In this document: positions 1 through 8,156 of the stretch, piece after piece
How positions within the stretch are numbered: position 1 is the first letter of the stretch
How the letters are laid out: every line of letters begins with the position of its first letter
Origin: a virus
Lineage: Duplodnaviria > Caudoviricetes
DNA length: 27,925 bases
Virus record (IMG/VR): IMGVR_UViG_3300028326_000020
Coordinates: 1-27,925 of that record
Reading direction: 5' to 3' (one strand)
The notes under the pieces: model-generated
Databases searched by the model: none
The model's input: the letters and a program-made list of their open reading frames with translations, nothing else
Told to the model about the DNA's origin: nothing
Translations under genes and position numbers: made by a program

Positions 1-76
1 CGAAATCTACAAACTGCTTGTTGTAGTCACTCTGGACCATCATCTTATCATCTTCATATTTAACGTTGCACTTCAT
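1..76 (-). CDS. Partial hypothetical protein (MKCNVKYEDDKMMVQSDYNKQFVDF...), truncated by the window edge
   Basis: ATG at 76-74 with GGGAGG RBS, open to position 1, own strong promoter upstream. Confidence 0.7.
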   Translation of the reverse strand, partial: MKCNVKYEDDKMMVQSDYNKQFVDF

Positions 77-126
77 TTTTTATCCTCCCGCCTTATTGGC
101 TTTATCTCTCTCTTTACTGTAACTAT

Positions 127-154
127 ATTATAACAGAATATATAAATAAGTCAA
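127..154 (-). promoter_or_regulatory. Sigma-A type promoter for the leftmost gene
   Basis: TTGACT (154-149), 16 bp spacer, TATAAT (132-127) on the minus strand. Confidence 0.7.
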
Positions 155-256
155 TACTTTTTAGACTAAAATATATAATTTAATCTAAATAATTTCGAGG
201 AAAATATATAAATAAATATCATAAAAAATGGCATGCTGATTTTTCATTATTTCGCT

Positions 257-280
257 TTGGCAACAATTTTGGCAACAATT
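257..280. repeat. Tandem direct repeat TTGGCAACAATT x2, putative integrase arm-type sites
   Basis: Exact 12-bp repeat about 115 bp left of the att core. Confidence 0.65.
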
Positions 281-294
281 CGGTGATTATGACG

Positions 295-383
295 GAATAT
301 AAGCGAACATAAATGAATATGAAAAACTTAAATTATCGTTGAAATTTGAACATAATAGAGCATTATTGAATATGTAAGAATAT
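295..383. repeat. Seven GA(A/G)(C/T)AT hexamers with 10-bp period, putative Xis/accessory factor sites
   Basis: Copies start at 295, 305, 315 and 348, 358, 368, 378. Confidence 0.6.
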
Positions 384-393
384 GTAATATTTT

Positions 394-419
394 GGTTTCA
401 AGTCCCTCATCGCGCACCA
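394..419 (+). other. att core: 3' fragment of a tRNA (T-loop, T-stem, acceptor strand, ACCA), probably tRNA-Val
   Basis: GGTTTCAAGTCCCTCATCGCGCACCA next to the integrase 3' end; no tRNA 5' half upstream. ATCGCGC-A-CCA fits tRNA-Val ends as I recall them; isotype not confirmed. Confidence 0.85.
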
Positions 420-460
420 AAAGAGTGGCTAAAACTCAACGTTTTAGCCACTCTTTTTTT
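419..460. terminator. Bidirectional intrinsic terminator overlapping the integrase stop codon
   Basis: Perfect 17-bp inverted repeat AAAAGAGTGGCTAAAAC-TCAAC-GTTTTAGCCACTCTTTT followed by a T run. Confidence 0.85.
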
Positions 461-1664
461 CGTCTGTCCACATTTTGTCCACATTTTTCACATATAGCGC
501 TTCAATTCTGTCGGCTATATCTGTTTTGGCGTCTTCAAATTGATGTATATACTCATTTGTAATTTGAATATTGGCATGTCCCAGCTGATCACTGATACTT
601 TTCAGGTCAACGCCTAAAGCCATCAGGGAACTTGCATATGTATGTCTTAAACCATGTACTCCTATATGAGGAATATCGTTTCTAATAAGAAAATCATTTA
701 GCCAATCCCATAATGCATCGGGGCGCATGTTACCGCCGAGATATCCCTTTATAAGTGCCGGCGATCCGCGCCACTGTGAGCCAAGCATCATGGCATTCTT
801 TTTATTTAAAAGAATAAGATGATCGATTTCTTTTTTTAGAAATCCAGAAACTGCAACTATACGTTTTGAATCTTCAGATTTAGGTTTCTTAACCAGCTGC
901 CCGCCTCCTTTCTTAGGATATCTGGCTTGTTCTATAGACAGCATTCTTCTATCTGGATCATAGGATGATTCGTCTAGTCCGCATATTTCTCCTCTGCGAA
1001 GCCCACAGCTTAATCCTATTAGCGTTGCAACTTTATAATTAGCTTCTGCATCAGGAACTTCCATAAGCGCAGCCATGAACTTTATAGCATCTTCCTGTTT
1101 AAGATATCTTGCCTTCTTCTTCTCACGTTCTGGAAGCGTTACATTTATGCAGGGATTAGTATCTAAAATTTCCAGCTTAATGCATGTACGGTATGCCGCG
1201 TTAACGAGGCCGTATATATTTCTAACGGATTTGCTGCTAAGCAACTTATCTTTATTAGATTTATATCCTGTCTGTAGATATATTACCCATTCCTGTATAT
1301 CAGCCCTAGTTAAACTGCTGGCCTTTCTTTTTCCAAACGTATCACTTAAATGTATCTTTACTATATTTTCATACCCTCTTGTAGTTTCAGGTGATCGCGA
1401 AGGATCGTTTTTTATATGCAGTTCAACAATATCTTTCAATGTCAACGTAGCAGGCTTTCTAACATTGCCTCTATCGACTTCAGCGTTGAATTCGTGCCAT
1501 AACTTATTACGCTGGACGTCAGTCAATCTTCTGCCGGTCTCCAGGTTACGGTCCGAAACAGATTTTGTGTACACTATTCTTTTACCGTTAATATCTTTAC
1601 CGCCATTTACACGAAGCTGTAGCGATTCGCCTCTGATTCTCCAATTACATTTATCATTTCCCAT
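444..1664 (-). CDS. int: Tyrosine recombinase / phage integrase
   Basis: Catalytic motifs GLRRGE, HGLRH, LGH and Y (EYIH); N-terminal arm-binding and core-binding regions; start at 1664 has an AGGTG RBS (alternative ATG at 1682). Confidence 0.96.
   Translation of the reverse strand: MGNDKCNWRIRGESLQLRVNGGKDINGKRIVYTKSVSDRNLETGRRLTDVQRNKLWHEFNAEVDRGNVRKPATLTLKDIVELHIKNDPSRSPETTRGYENIVKIHLSDTFGKRKASSLTRADIQEWVIYLQTGYKSNKDKLLSSKSVRNIYGLVNAAYRTCIKLEILDTNPCINVTLPEREKKKARYLKQEDAIKFMAALMEVPDAEANYKVATLIGLSCGLRRGEICGLDESSYDPDRRMLSIEQARYPKKGGGQLVKKPKSEDSKRIVAVSGFLKKEIDHLILLNKKNAMMLGSQWRGSPALIKGYLGGNMRPDALWDWLNDFLIRNDIPHIGVHGLRHTYASSLMALGVDLKSISDQLGHANIQITNEYIHQFEDAKTDIADRIEALYVKNVDKMWTDEKKSG
465..486. 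repeat. Tandem direct repeat TGTCCACATTT x2, putative arm-type sites inside the integrase 3' end
   Basis: Exact 11-bp repeat about 45 bp right of the core. Confidence 0.6.
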
Positions 1665-1683
1665 ATTTTCACCTAGATTCATA

Positions 1684-1992
1684 TCAAGCTATGCTATCTT
1701 CTGGCAATATATATTGAAAAGCGAGTATTACTATTACAAGTATTATTATTGCAATTATTCTATATGATTTTCTTTCATTGTATCCATTATCATATAAAAA
1801 ATTACAGAACGCACCGGCAACAACAATGCCAATAATAAAAGTTATTCCCATTACAATTAAATCAATTATCAGTGTACCAGAGAATCCTATACCTGTTTTT
1901 TTCGGATAAAGCGCAGCTGCTATTGCGCTGGTTATTAGAACGGATCTCCACATGTAACCTAATCCGTCAGGCTTATTTTTTGTTTCTTTCAT
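1684..1992 (-). CDS. Small membrane protein (about 3 TM segments) in the lysogeny module, possible superinfection exclusion
   Basis: Three hydrophobic stretches, lies between cI and int; start MKETK chosen by RBS; function inferred from position only. Confidence 0.7.
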   Translation of the reverse strand: MKETKNKPDGLGYMWRSVLITSAIAAALYPKKTGIGFSGTLIIDLIVMGITFIIGIVVAGAFCNFLYDNGYNERKSYRIIAIIILVIVILAFQYILPEDSIA

Positions 1993-2084
1993 TTCAATAC
2001 CTTCTTTCAACATTAAAATACTATATCACAATAACTGCATTTCTCCTTATAATAAAAACGAGCGTCCGCAGAGGGGAGAGAACG

Positions 2085-2210
2085 ATGACACAAAAACATA
2101 TTGCGATTGAAGGATGCTATGACAACATATATGCTGTCTATCAACGCGACTTACATTTGCTGATTTTTAACACTAACTGCGAATGCTCTAATCTTATCAT
2201 TATTATTTAG
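2085..2210 (+). CDS. Possible 41-aa peptide convergent on cI
   Basis: GAGGGGAG RBS before ATG 2085 and TATAAT at 2048-2053; no recognised family. Confidence 0.35.
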   Translation: MTQKHIAIEGCYDNIYAVYQRDLHLLIFNTNCECSNLIIII

Positions 2211-2607
2211 CTTTAATGTTTATGGCGGGCGCTTTAAACTGTTCTCTCAATTTATCTATCTGTTTTTCTATATCATACTTTTCTAAAGCCATTCTTTTAT
2301 ATTCTTCATTTACTACGAAATCAACAATAGTTTTACCGTGCTTATCCAAATAACGATACATGCAAATAAAATCCATTTCTTCCTGGGTGATATCATTACT
2401 CGGTATTTTTATAGAATCCTGGAAAAGATAATTAGCATCGCATCCCAAAGCGTCAATTATTGCGAATAAAATTGGTTCCTTTGGTGAGCTGATATCATTC
2501 TCATAATTGGAAATTGCACTGACAGAAACATTCAATTTATCTGCCAGCTGTTCTCTTGTCATATTTTTTGACAATCTCAATTCTTTTATTCTGCTACCTA
2601 TACTCAT
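2203..2607 (-). CDS. XRE-family HTH repressor (CI-like)
   Basis: IGSRIKELRLSKNMTREQLADKLNVSVSAISNYE HTH; GGAGGTG RBS before ATG 2607; divergent from the cro-like gene; no S24 peptidase domain. Confidence 0.92.
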   Translation of the reverse strand: MSIGSRIKELRLSKNMTREQLADKLNVSVSAISNYENDISSPKEPILFAIIDALGCDANYLFQDSIKIPSNDITQEEMDFICMYRYLDKHGKTIVDFVVNEEYKRMALEKYDIEKQIDKLREQFKAPAINIKAK

Positions 2608-2630
2608 GTCTGCACCTCCTCTTTTCCTAT

Positions 2631-2744
2631 AGTTTATCACAATATCTTGATACGTCAAGAAAAAGTAACAAGAAAGTTGTCAATAAATACTTGACATAAC
2701 AAGAAAGTTGTTATATTCTTATTTTATCAACAAGAAACTTGTTA
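2631..2744. promoter_or_regulatory. Lysis/lysogeny switch: divergent promoters and three 17-bp operators
   Basis: Operators TAACAAGAAAGTTGTCA (2666), TAACAAGAAAGTTGTTA (2697), CAACAAGAAACTTGTTA (2728); rightward TTGACA(2691)-N17-TATTCT; leftward TTGACG(2658)-N16-TAAACT with TG extension. Confidence 0.85.
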
Positions 2745-2757
2745 CGGAGGTGATAAT

Positions 2758-3000
2758 ATGACAACTGGAAACATAGGACATTACAACAGTGTAATAGCAG
2801 AAAACGTCAAAAAAATAATTGCTGAACGCGGTCTTAAGCAGACCGCCATAGCCGTTAAAGCAGGATTTACTGTAAATGATTTTAACGCCATGCTAAACGG
2901 CAGAAAGATCATGAAGGCCATAGATATTCAGGCAATAGCATTAGCACTTGGGACAGACGCTAATACATTGTTTGGTTATCCGTCAAAAGAAGCTGTTTAG
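2758..3000 (+). CDS. Cro-like XRE HTH regulator
   Basis: VKKIIAERGLKQTAIAVKAG...FNAMLNGRK HTH; first gene of the lytic operon; GGAGGTG RBS. Confidence 0.9.
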   Translation: MTTGNIGHYNSVIAENVKKIIAERGLKQTAIAVKAGFTVNDFNAMLNGRKIMKAIDIQAIALALGTDANTLFGYPSKEAV

Positions 3001-3009
3001 GAGGCAGAC

Positions 3010-3189
3010 ATGGGAAACGAAATAATGACCGCTGAAGAGGTTAAAGAACTTCTGGGATATAAGGAAATTCGTACAGTCTACGCAGCGGCTAAAGACGGAA
3101 GGCTCCCTGGTTTTAAGCCACCAGGCATAAACAAATGGTTTTTTAGAAAAGATAAGATTTATAACCTTATAGGATTAGAAAACTTTTAG
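3010..3189 (+). CDS. xis: Excisionase-like DNA-binding protein (HTH_17/MerR-like), 59 aa, absent from the ORF track
   Basis: MGNEIMTAEEVKELLGYKEIRTVYAAAKDGRLPGFKPPGINKWFFRKDKI matches the Xis pattern; GAGG RBS. Confidence 0.8.
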   Translation: MGNEIMTAEEVKELLGYKEIRTVYAAAKDGRLPGFKPPGINKWFFRKDKIYNLIGLENF

Positions 3190-3198
3190 GAGAGAATC

Positions 3199-3585
3199 AT
3201 GACGGACTACTATAAGACATGCGCCTTCCCTAAACCAGGAAGCACAAAGAAGAAGAAAAAACAGAACGGATGGAAAGAGAAGCAGAACCGCGTGTGCGTC
3301 TATACAGGTGAAAGAGGAGCTGAAAGACATGAGGTTTTTGGCGGCCCTAACCGTCAGACTTCCATTGATTATGGTTTTCAGATCGATATCAACCATGATA
3401 TCCATGAAGAACTGCAGGCCAATGTGACAGAATGGGCACAGGAACAGAATGCATACTGGAAATCACATTTTGAGAAACAATTTATCACAAAGCTGACTGA
3501 TAGTGGCATAGCTTTCGATCAGGCGCTGAAGATGTGGATGAACCTTATAGGAAGGAACTACGTCGATGATTATCAGCCGGAATAG
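3199..3585 (+). CDS. Hypothetical protein, degenerate HNH/His-Me-finger-like nuclease
   Basis: CVYTG...ERHEVFGGPNRQTS...HDIH resembles phage HNH-like proteins with lost Zn cysteines. Confidence 0.55.
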   Translation: MTDYYKTCAFPKPGSTKKKKKQNGWKEKQNRVCVYTGERGAERHEVFGGPNRQTSIDYGFQIDINHDIHEELQANVTEWAQEQNAYWKSHFEKQFITKLTDSGIAFDQALKMWMNLIGRNYVDDYQPE

Positions 3586-3591
3586 GAGATC

Positions 3592-3843
3592 ATGATGAAT
3601 AGCGAAATTGCAAAAAAGATAGACGTCAAAAGAATGTTCATCGGTCACTGCGAGGATGCTTTAATATCCGATCCAAAACTTTCAGTCTTGTCGGTAGAGT
3701 ATAAAGCGCAGCTACCAGAAGACTCAGAACGGATTGACGAATTTGTGACTGTCAACTTTCTTGGCGGCTCACATAAAACTGTATGCATCAGCGGAGACAG
3801 TACTACTGCGATAATGATAGCTCTGGCGAGGGCAGCAAGATGA
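3592..3843 (+). CDS. Hypothetical phage protein
   Basis: AGGAG RBS, operonic position. Confidence 0.75.
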   Translation: MMNSEIAKKIDVKRMFIGHCEDALISDPKLSVLSVEYKAQLPEDSERIDEFVTVNFLGGSHKTVCISGDSTTAIMIALARAAR

Positions 3844-4193
3844 TCTGCCCGAAATGCGGAAGCGAACACTTCCGAGAGAGCCGGCAGTGCCCTGAATATA
3901 ACTCCGAGCCTGTATGCATAGACTGCTGCATCAAATGCAGCTACTACGACAGGGATGGCGGAATAGCCTGCAGATGGTATGTGGAAAATGACGCGAGACG
4001 TGATTACAGCGGCGATATATATAAGCTGAGCAGACAGATAGACACATTAGAAAAACGGTCCTTATGGCTTTACAGAAACAATAAGCCTAACGCTGCGTTA
4101 GCGGAAGAGTTCAAGATGATGCAGCTGATCAGTGAAAAGAAAAGATTGGAGGTGGAAAGGGATGCAGAGGAAATTAAGAGACCTGGCGCTTAG
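3840..4193 (+). CDS. Cys-rich (Zn-binding) hypothetical protein
   Basis: Starts MICPKCGS at an ATGA overlap; several CxxC motifs followed by a coiled-coil. Confidence 0.75.
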   Translation: MICPKCGSEHFRESRQCPEYNSEPVCIDCCIKCSYYDRDGGIACRWYVENDARRDYSGDIYKLSRQIDTLEKRSLWLYRNNKPNAALAEEFKMMQLISEKKRLEVERDAEEIKRPGA

Positions 4194-4296
4194 AAGCACA
4201 CCGATTTTATATCTTTACTGCGCCGGAATCATAGCGGTCAGCATGGCACCGATAGCGCTGCTGTGGATCCTGCTCTACGGGATAGGATGCAGATAG
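4162..4296 (+). CDS. 44-aa single-TM peptide
   Basis: MQRKLRDLALRSTPILYLYCAGIIAVSMAPIALLWILLYGIGCR with GGAGGTGG RBS. Confidence 0.6.
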   Translation: MQRKLRDLALRSTPILYLYCAGIIAVSMAPIALLWILLYGIGCR

Positions 4297-4352
4297 CAAA
4301 AGAGCTGTCTTACGACAGCTCCCGTGAACTTTGGTAGGTGTTGCATCACCTG
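4297..4352 (-). ncRNA. Candidate ~55-nt antisense small RNA
   Basis: Between a minus-strand consensus promoter and terminator hairpin GAGCTGTC-loop-GACAGCTC (4302-4321) plus T run on the minus strand; internal hairpin AGGTG/CACCT. Confidence 0.5.
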
Positions 4353-4357
4353 CCTCT

Positions 4358-4386
4358 AATATACAGGAAATTGGAGGATATGTCAA
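4358..4386 (-). promoter_or_regulatory. Antisense promoter inside the early operon
   Basis: TTGACA (4386-4381), 17 bp spacer, TATATT (4363-4358); overlaps the RBS of the 4387 gene. Confidence 0.65.
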
Positions 4387-4704
4387 ATGAATGAGAATTT
4401 GGATTTAAAAAAATTTAAGGACCGTGCTGCTGATGAAGGCTGTACGGTTTTTAAGTCACTCAGCGCCGGAAGAGTGCTGGCGGCTGATGAGACCGGTATA
4501 GCTATAGCAACCAAAGAAGGAAAGATAAGGATAAGCATAGTTGATCTGGTAGGATTTGAGGCTGACATAAGACATGCCGTCAGGAACTGCCTGGAGTCAT
4601 ATAAGAAGCTGGACATGCTGGATAAGAGCAGTCTGGCCGGAAACTTTGGAGTCACCTATGGTCAGCTCCAGTCGATAGCGGAAGTTTTGGAGGTAGAAAA
4701 ATGA
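4387..4704 (+). CDS. Hypothetical phage protein
   Basis: GGAGG RBS; ends with a YGQLQ motif. Confidence 0.75.
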   Translation: MNENLDLKKFKDRAADEGCTVFKSLSAGRVLAADETGIAIATKEGKIRISIVDLVGFEADIRHAVRNCLESYKKLDMLDKSSLAGNFGVTYGQLQSIAEVLEVEK

Positions 4705-5024
4705 GTGAGATGACAGATAGAGCGATAGCCAGGATGACACAGGAATGCCAGAATGCGGATCATTTGATTCCGTTTGAAGAATATCTGACATCGATATGCA
4801 CCAATGACTACGTAGCCGGCAGGATACTGCAGGAAGATAAGACGTTGGCAAAATGTTTTGACAAAATGAAAGACATAGCGAGAGGACGCGCAGTCAAAGG
4901 ATGCGCATACATTCCGCCTGAAGAGGGATATAAAATCATACGCGACTACTACAGCATAAATACTGAAGAGCAGCAGGAACAGACCAGCCATAAGAACGTG
5001 ATCGATATCACAGACTTACTTTAG
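4701..5024 (+). CDS. PcfK-like / AcrIIA9-family protein
   Basis: EDKTLAKCFDKMKDIARGRAVKGCAYIPPEEGYKIIRDYY pattern, directly upstream of a PcfJ-like gene. Confidence 0.75.
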   Translation: MSEMTDRAIARMTQECQNADHLIPFEEYLTSICTNDYVAGRILQEDKTLAKCFDKMKDIARGRAVKGCAYIPPEEGYKIIRDYYSINTEEQQEQTSHKNVIDITDLL

Positions 5025-5033
5025 GAGGCTGAC

Positions 5034-6563
5034 ATGGATAAAGAAGATAACAGGCCGTTTAAGCTGAAGGTTCCTAAAGACATGCCGGATTACATTCTTA
5101 AGGCCCTTGCAAAAGAATCGTATTTAATTTACAGCAAGAAAGATGATATCTGTTATTGCACACGTTGCCAGCGAAAAATGAAGATATCTCAGACCATAAT
5201 TCTGCCGACGGAATTTCAGCACAACAAACTTGATTTTTGTCCTAATTGCAGATGTGATGTCACCATGAAAGCGTTTGGAATAGGACGCAGGAATATTGAT
5301 GACTGCGGAAGGGTGCTATGGCTTACCAAACACGGCAGAGACACTTATGCCGAACTTGACGAATATATCATCAGATATGACGGTTTTTACCGGCCTTCTG
5401 TTGGCTGGTGGCCGTCAGCGCAGTACAAATTCAACAGCGATGAGCAGATATATTATAAAAATGATTGGTATTCGGAAGGCGATGTTTGGACGCTGCGCAA
5501 AAAAGTGATATTGCCCCATGTGCTTTTTGGAAGCTGCTACTACGAAAATCAATTTGAAAATGTGTATTTGTACGAACCAAGCAGGAACAACTTAGGCACT
5601 GACCTAAAATATGCAAATTTAGACATGGAGAGACTTGGCTACGATGGCAAAAGCACATACGAACCTTATTGGATAATCACGTATATCAGCCAGTTCCTGA
5701 TGCATCAGAGCATAGAACTTATGGAGAAGGCTGGATTTGAGCGTTTGGTAGGCGGCAAGATAATTGGAAACACGTGCAAATATATAAACTGGCGTGGCAA
5801 GACCATAAAAAAGATCCTGAAATTCAGCGCAGAGGATATCAGATATATGAGAGAAAACAAAATCACGATCGGAGAGCTCAATAAGATAGGTTACGTGATG
5901 CAGGAAATACCTGGCATGAAAATGAGCGAAGCGACAGATCTTACAGACGTAGTCTGCGACTGGAGATACAAGTTCGTTTGTAAAAAAATATCAAAGTATA
6001 CTGACAAAGAGAAAATGATAAGATACATTGCTTCTCACGGAATCACACATATTGGAGACTACGAAGATTACTTTGATGCATGCGAAAAACTTGGAGAAAA
6101 CCTGTATAAAAAATCAATTCTGTTTCCGGAAAATTTCAAACTGGCTCATGCAGATGCAACAAAACGTCTTGATATTAAGGTCAGCAAAAAAATCTATGAT
6201 GGCTTTATAAAGTCTGAAGCCAGGATCACAGGAATGAAGGAACCATACGTTTATGGCGAATATCTTATAAGACCTGCTAAGGATCCTACAGAATTGAAAA
6301 TCGAGAGCGCGGTACTTGGACATTGCGTTAAGACTTATGCGGAAAAAGTAGCGAATGGTTCGACATCAATATTGTTTATAAGAAAATTAGATAAACCTGA
6401 TGAACCGCTATTCACGCTGGAACTTGACGCACAGCATAGGATGGTCCAATGCCGCGGATTGCATAACTGCAGTTATGGAGACGATGTAAAAGAGTTAATT
6501 GATCACTGGATGCAGGACATTATAGAAAAGAAAAAGAAAAAGCCTGCCAGGAAGGCAGCATAG
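5034..6563 (+). CDS. PcfJ-domain protein
   Basis: N-terminal CYCTRC...CPNC Zn ribbon; C-terminal LIRPAKDPTELKIESAVLGHCVKTY...ILFIRK...PLFTLE...VQCRG. Confidence 0.9.
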   Translation: MDKEDNRPFKLKVPKDMPDYILKALAKESYLIYSKKDDICYCTRCQRKMKISQTIILPTEFQHNKLDFCPNCRCDVTMKAFGIGRRNIDDCGRVLWLTKHGRDTYAELDEYIIRYDGFYRPSVGWWPSAQYKFNSDEQIYYKNDWYSEGDVWTLRKKVILPHVLFGSCYYENQFENVYLYEPSRNNLGTDLKYANLDMERLGYDGKSTYEPYWIITYISQFLMHQSIELMEKAGFERLVGGKIIGNTCKYINWRGKTIKKILKFSAEDIRYMRENKITIGELNKIGYVMQEIPGMKMSEATDLTDVVCDWRYKFVCKKISKYTDKEKMIRYIASHGITHIGDYEDYFDACEKLGENLYKKSILFPENFKLAHADATKRLDIKVSKKIYDGFIKSEARITGMKEPYVYGEYLIRPAKDPTELKIESAVLGHCVKTYAEKVANGSTSILFIRKLDKPDEPLFTLELDAQHRMVQCRGLHNCSYGDDVKELIDHWMQDIIEKKKKKPARKAA

Positions 6564-6572
6564 GAGGGAAAT

Positions 6573-7610
6573 ATGGAAAACATAGTTGAAGCAGAATATA
6601 AAGTGCTGGACAGTCTGACCGACAAAAGCACTGAAGAGCTGACCGCAGAAGCCAACACACTCTGGGAGCAGATGGAGCAGATCGGGAACGTCGGTCTGCA
6701 GATGGCAGCTCAGGCAGGCGCAAGGCTCAAAGTCATCAAAGAGAGATTGAATCATGGAGAATGGGAAGACTGGTGCAAGGAAAATCTTAAATTCAGTATC
6801 GCCAAAGCCAAAAGAATGATGATGTTGTCCGAAAAAATGTCAGACGAAAACAGTATTTTTTCAAATCGCTCAACGTTGAGCGATATTGGAATTTCAAAGG
6901 TTTACGAGCTTTTGTCGGCGCCTGAAGAGGTCGCTGAAGAGGTCCTCGAAAATCCTGAAGCTGAAGATATGACAGTCAAAGAATTAAGGGAAGAGATCCG
7001 CCGGATTAAAGCGGAAAAAGAAGAGGCTGATGAAAGTCACAGCGAACAGATAGAAGACTATCACAGAGAAATAGAGGGCCTGAAGGACCGTCTATCTGAA
7101 GCTGTTGCTAACGATACGGTTGACGCACTCAACGAAGAAATAGAAAGATTAAAAGGGCTGCTGCATGAAGCCTCAGACTCTACGGAAGTCAATGATCTGA
7201 AAGAAAAGATACATGAATCGGAAATCCAAATGGAAGACATGAAGGCAAAGCTGGAGAAAGAAAGGAAAAAGGCCAAGAAGGCAAAGGACAGCATAGAGGA
7301 CGAGAAAAACAAAGCCTATGCAGAAGCAACTAAGAAAGCCGCTGAAGAAGCTAAGACGGAAGCCCAGAAGGAAACTGAAAGCATAAGGAAAGCCGCTGAA
7401 GAAGCTCGGCAAGAAATAGAGCAGCTTAAGAAGAAGCTGGCTGCTTCCGGAAATGAAAACCTTGTTGCATTTAAAGTAAAGGCTGACCAGCTGCAGAAAG
7501 ACTTTAATTCGTGCCTTGACAATATCGACAATGCTGATGATGAGCAGGCCGCTAAGATGAAGGCAGCACTGTTAAAGCTGATAAATGTCATGGCTGACCA
7601 GCTGGAATAG
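6573..7610 (+). CDS. DUF3102-domain coiled-coil protein
   Basis: GARLKVIKERLNHGEWEDWCKENLKFSIAKAKRMM motif plus long coiled-coil. Confidence 0.88.
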   Translation: MENIVEAEYKVLDSLTDKSTEELTAEANTLWEQMEQIGNVGLQMAAQAGARLKVIKERLNHGEWEDWCKENLKFSIAKAKRMMMLSEKMSDENSIFSNRSTLSDIGISKVYELLSAPEEVAEEVLENPEAEDMTVKELREEIRRIKAEKEEADESHSEQIEDYHREIEGLKDRLSEAVANDTVDALNEEIERLKGLLHEASDSTEVNDLKEKIHESEIQMEDMKAKLEKERKKAKKAKDSIEDEKNKAYAEATKKAAEEAKTEAQKETESIRKAAEEARQEIEQLKKKLAASGNENLVAFKVKADQLQKDFNSCLDNIDNADDEQAAKMKAALLKLINVMADQLE

Positions 7611-7618
7611 GTGACGAT

Positions 7619-7843
7619 ATGACGGAAATCATAAAAGCATGCATAGAGACCTGCAGAAAGTGTCAGGAAAGAAAACCAGGCTGCCGGAAAACCTGTCTGA
7701 TAGGAATCGGAATAGACACATATAGCGCAGATAGAAAAAAGCGAATTAGGGAAGCGTCAGATACGGATATAGCATTTAAGCAGTATAAGGAAGAACAGCG
7801 TACAGAATATCTGAAGCGGAAAAAGCAGAAAGGTGAGATCTGA
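7619..7843 (+). CDS. Hypothetical Cys-containing protein
   Basis: CRKCQERKPGCRKTC; AGGTGA RBS. Confidence 0.7.
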   Translation: MTEIIKACIETCRKCQERKPGCRKTCLIGIGIDTYSADRKKRIREASDTDIAFKQYKEEQRTEYLKRKKQKGEI

Positions 7844-7913
7844 TGCCGGTAGAAATATTGATCATAGCACTTATTGGGCTGGCGGTTTCCGCCAGCCTGC
7901 TGTAGGAGGAAAG

Positions 7914-8156
7914 ATGGAAGAATATATAAGCAGAAAAGAACTGCTCAAAGAGTTGAATGAAGCCTACGATAACGGCTTCATAAGCTGCATTGACGACATA
8001 ATAGAAATGATAGAAGGATTTGATATGCATCATGGAGTTTCGGAAGAATTCACAAATGACTTAACAATAACTAACGGACGGCTGCTCATAGAAAACGATA
8101 CGTTAAGACAGTCATTAAAAGAAATAAAAAAGATTGTAGGTGAATGCGTTGAATAG
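7914..8156 (+). CDS. Hypothetical phage protein (MEEYISRKELL...)
   Basis: AGGAGG RBS before ATG 7914; YISR N-terminus is common in early genes of Firmicutes phages. Confidence 0.75.
   Translation: MEEYISRKELLKELNEAYDNGFISCIDDIIEMIEGFDMHHGVSEEFTNDLTITNGRLLIENDTLRQSLKEIKKIVGECVE

Noticed and set aside
394-419. Complete tRNA gene
   Set aside because: Only the T-loop to CCA end is present; upstream sequence cannot form D or anticodon arms.
1075-1767. 230-aa plus-strand ORF
   Set aside because: Antisense shadow of the integrase.
7332-7406. Direct repeat GAAAGCCGCTGAAGAAGCT x2
   Set aside because: Internal coiled-coil duplication (KAAEEA) in the DUF3102 protein.
7877-7897. Hairpin GGCTGGCGG-TTT-CCGCCAGCC as a terminator
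   Set aside because: No T tract on either strand; may be a processing or stability hairpin, but function is unsupported.
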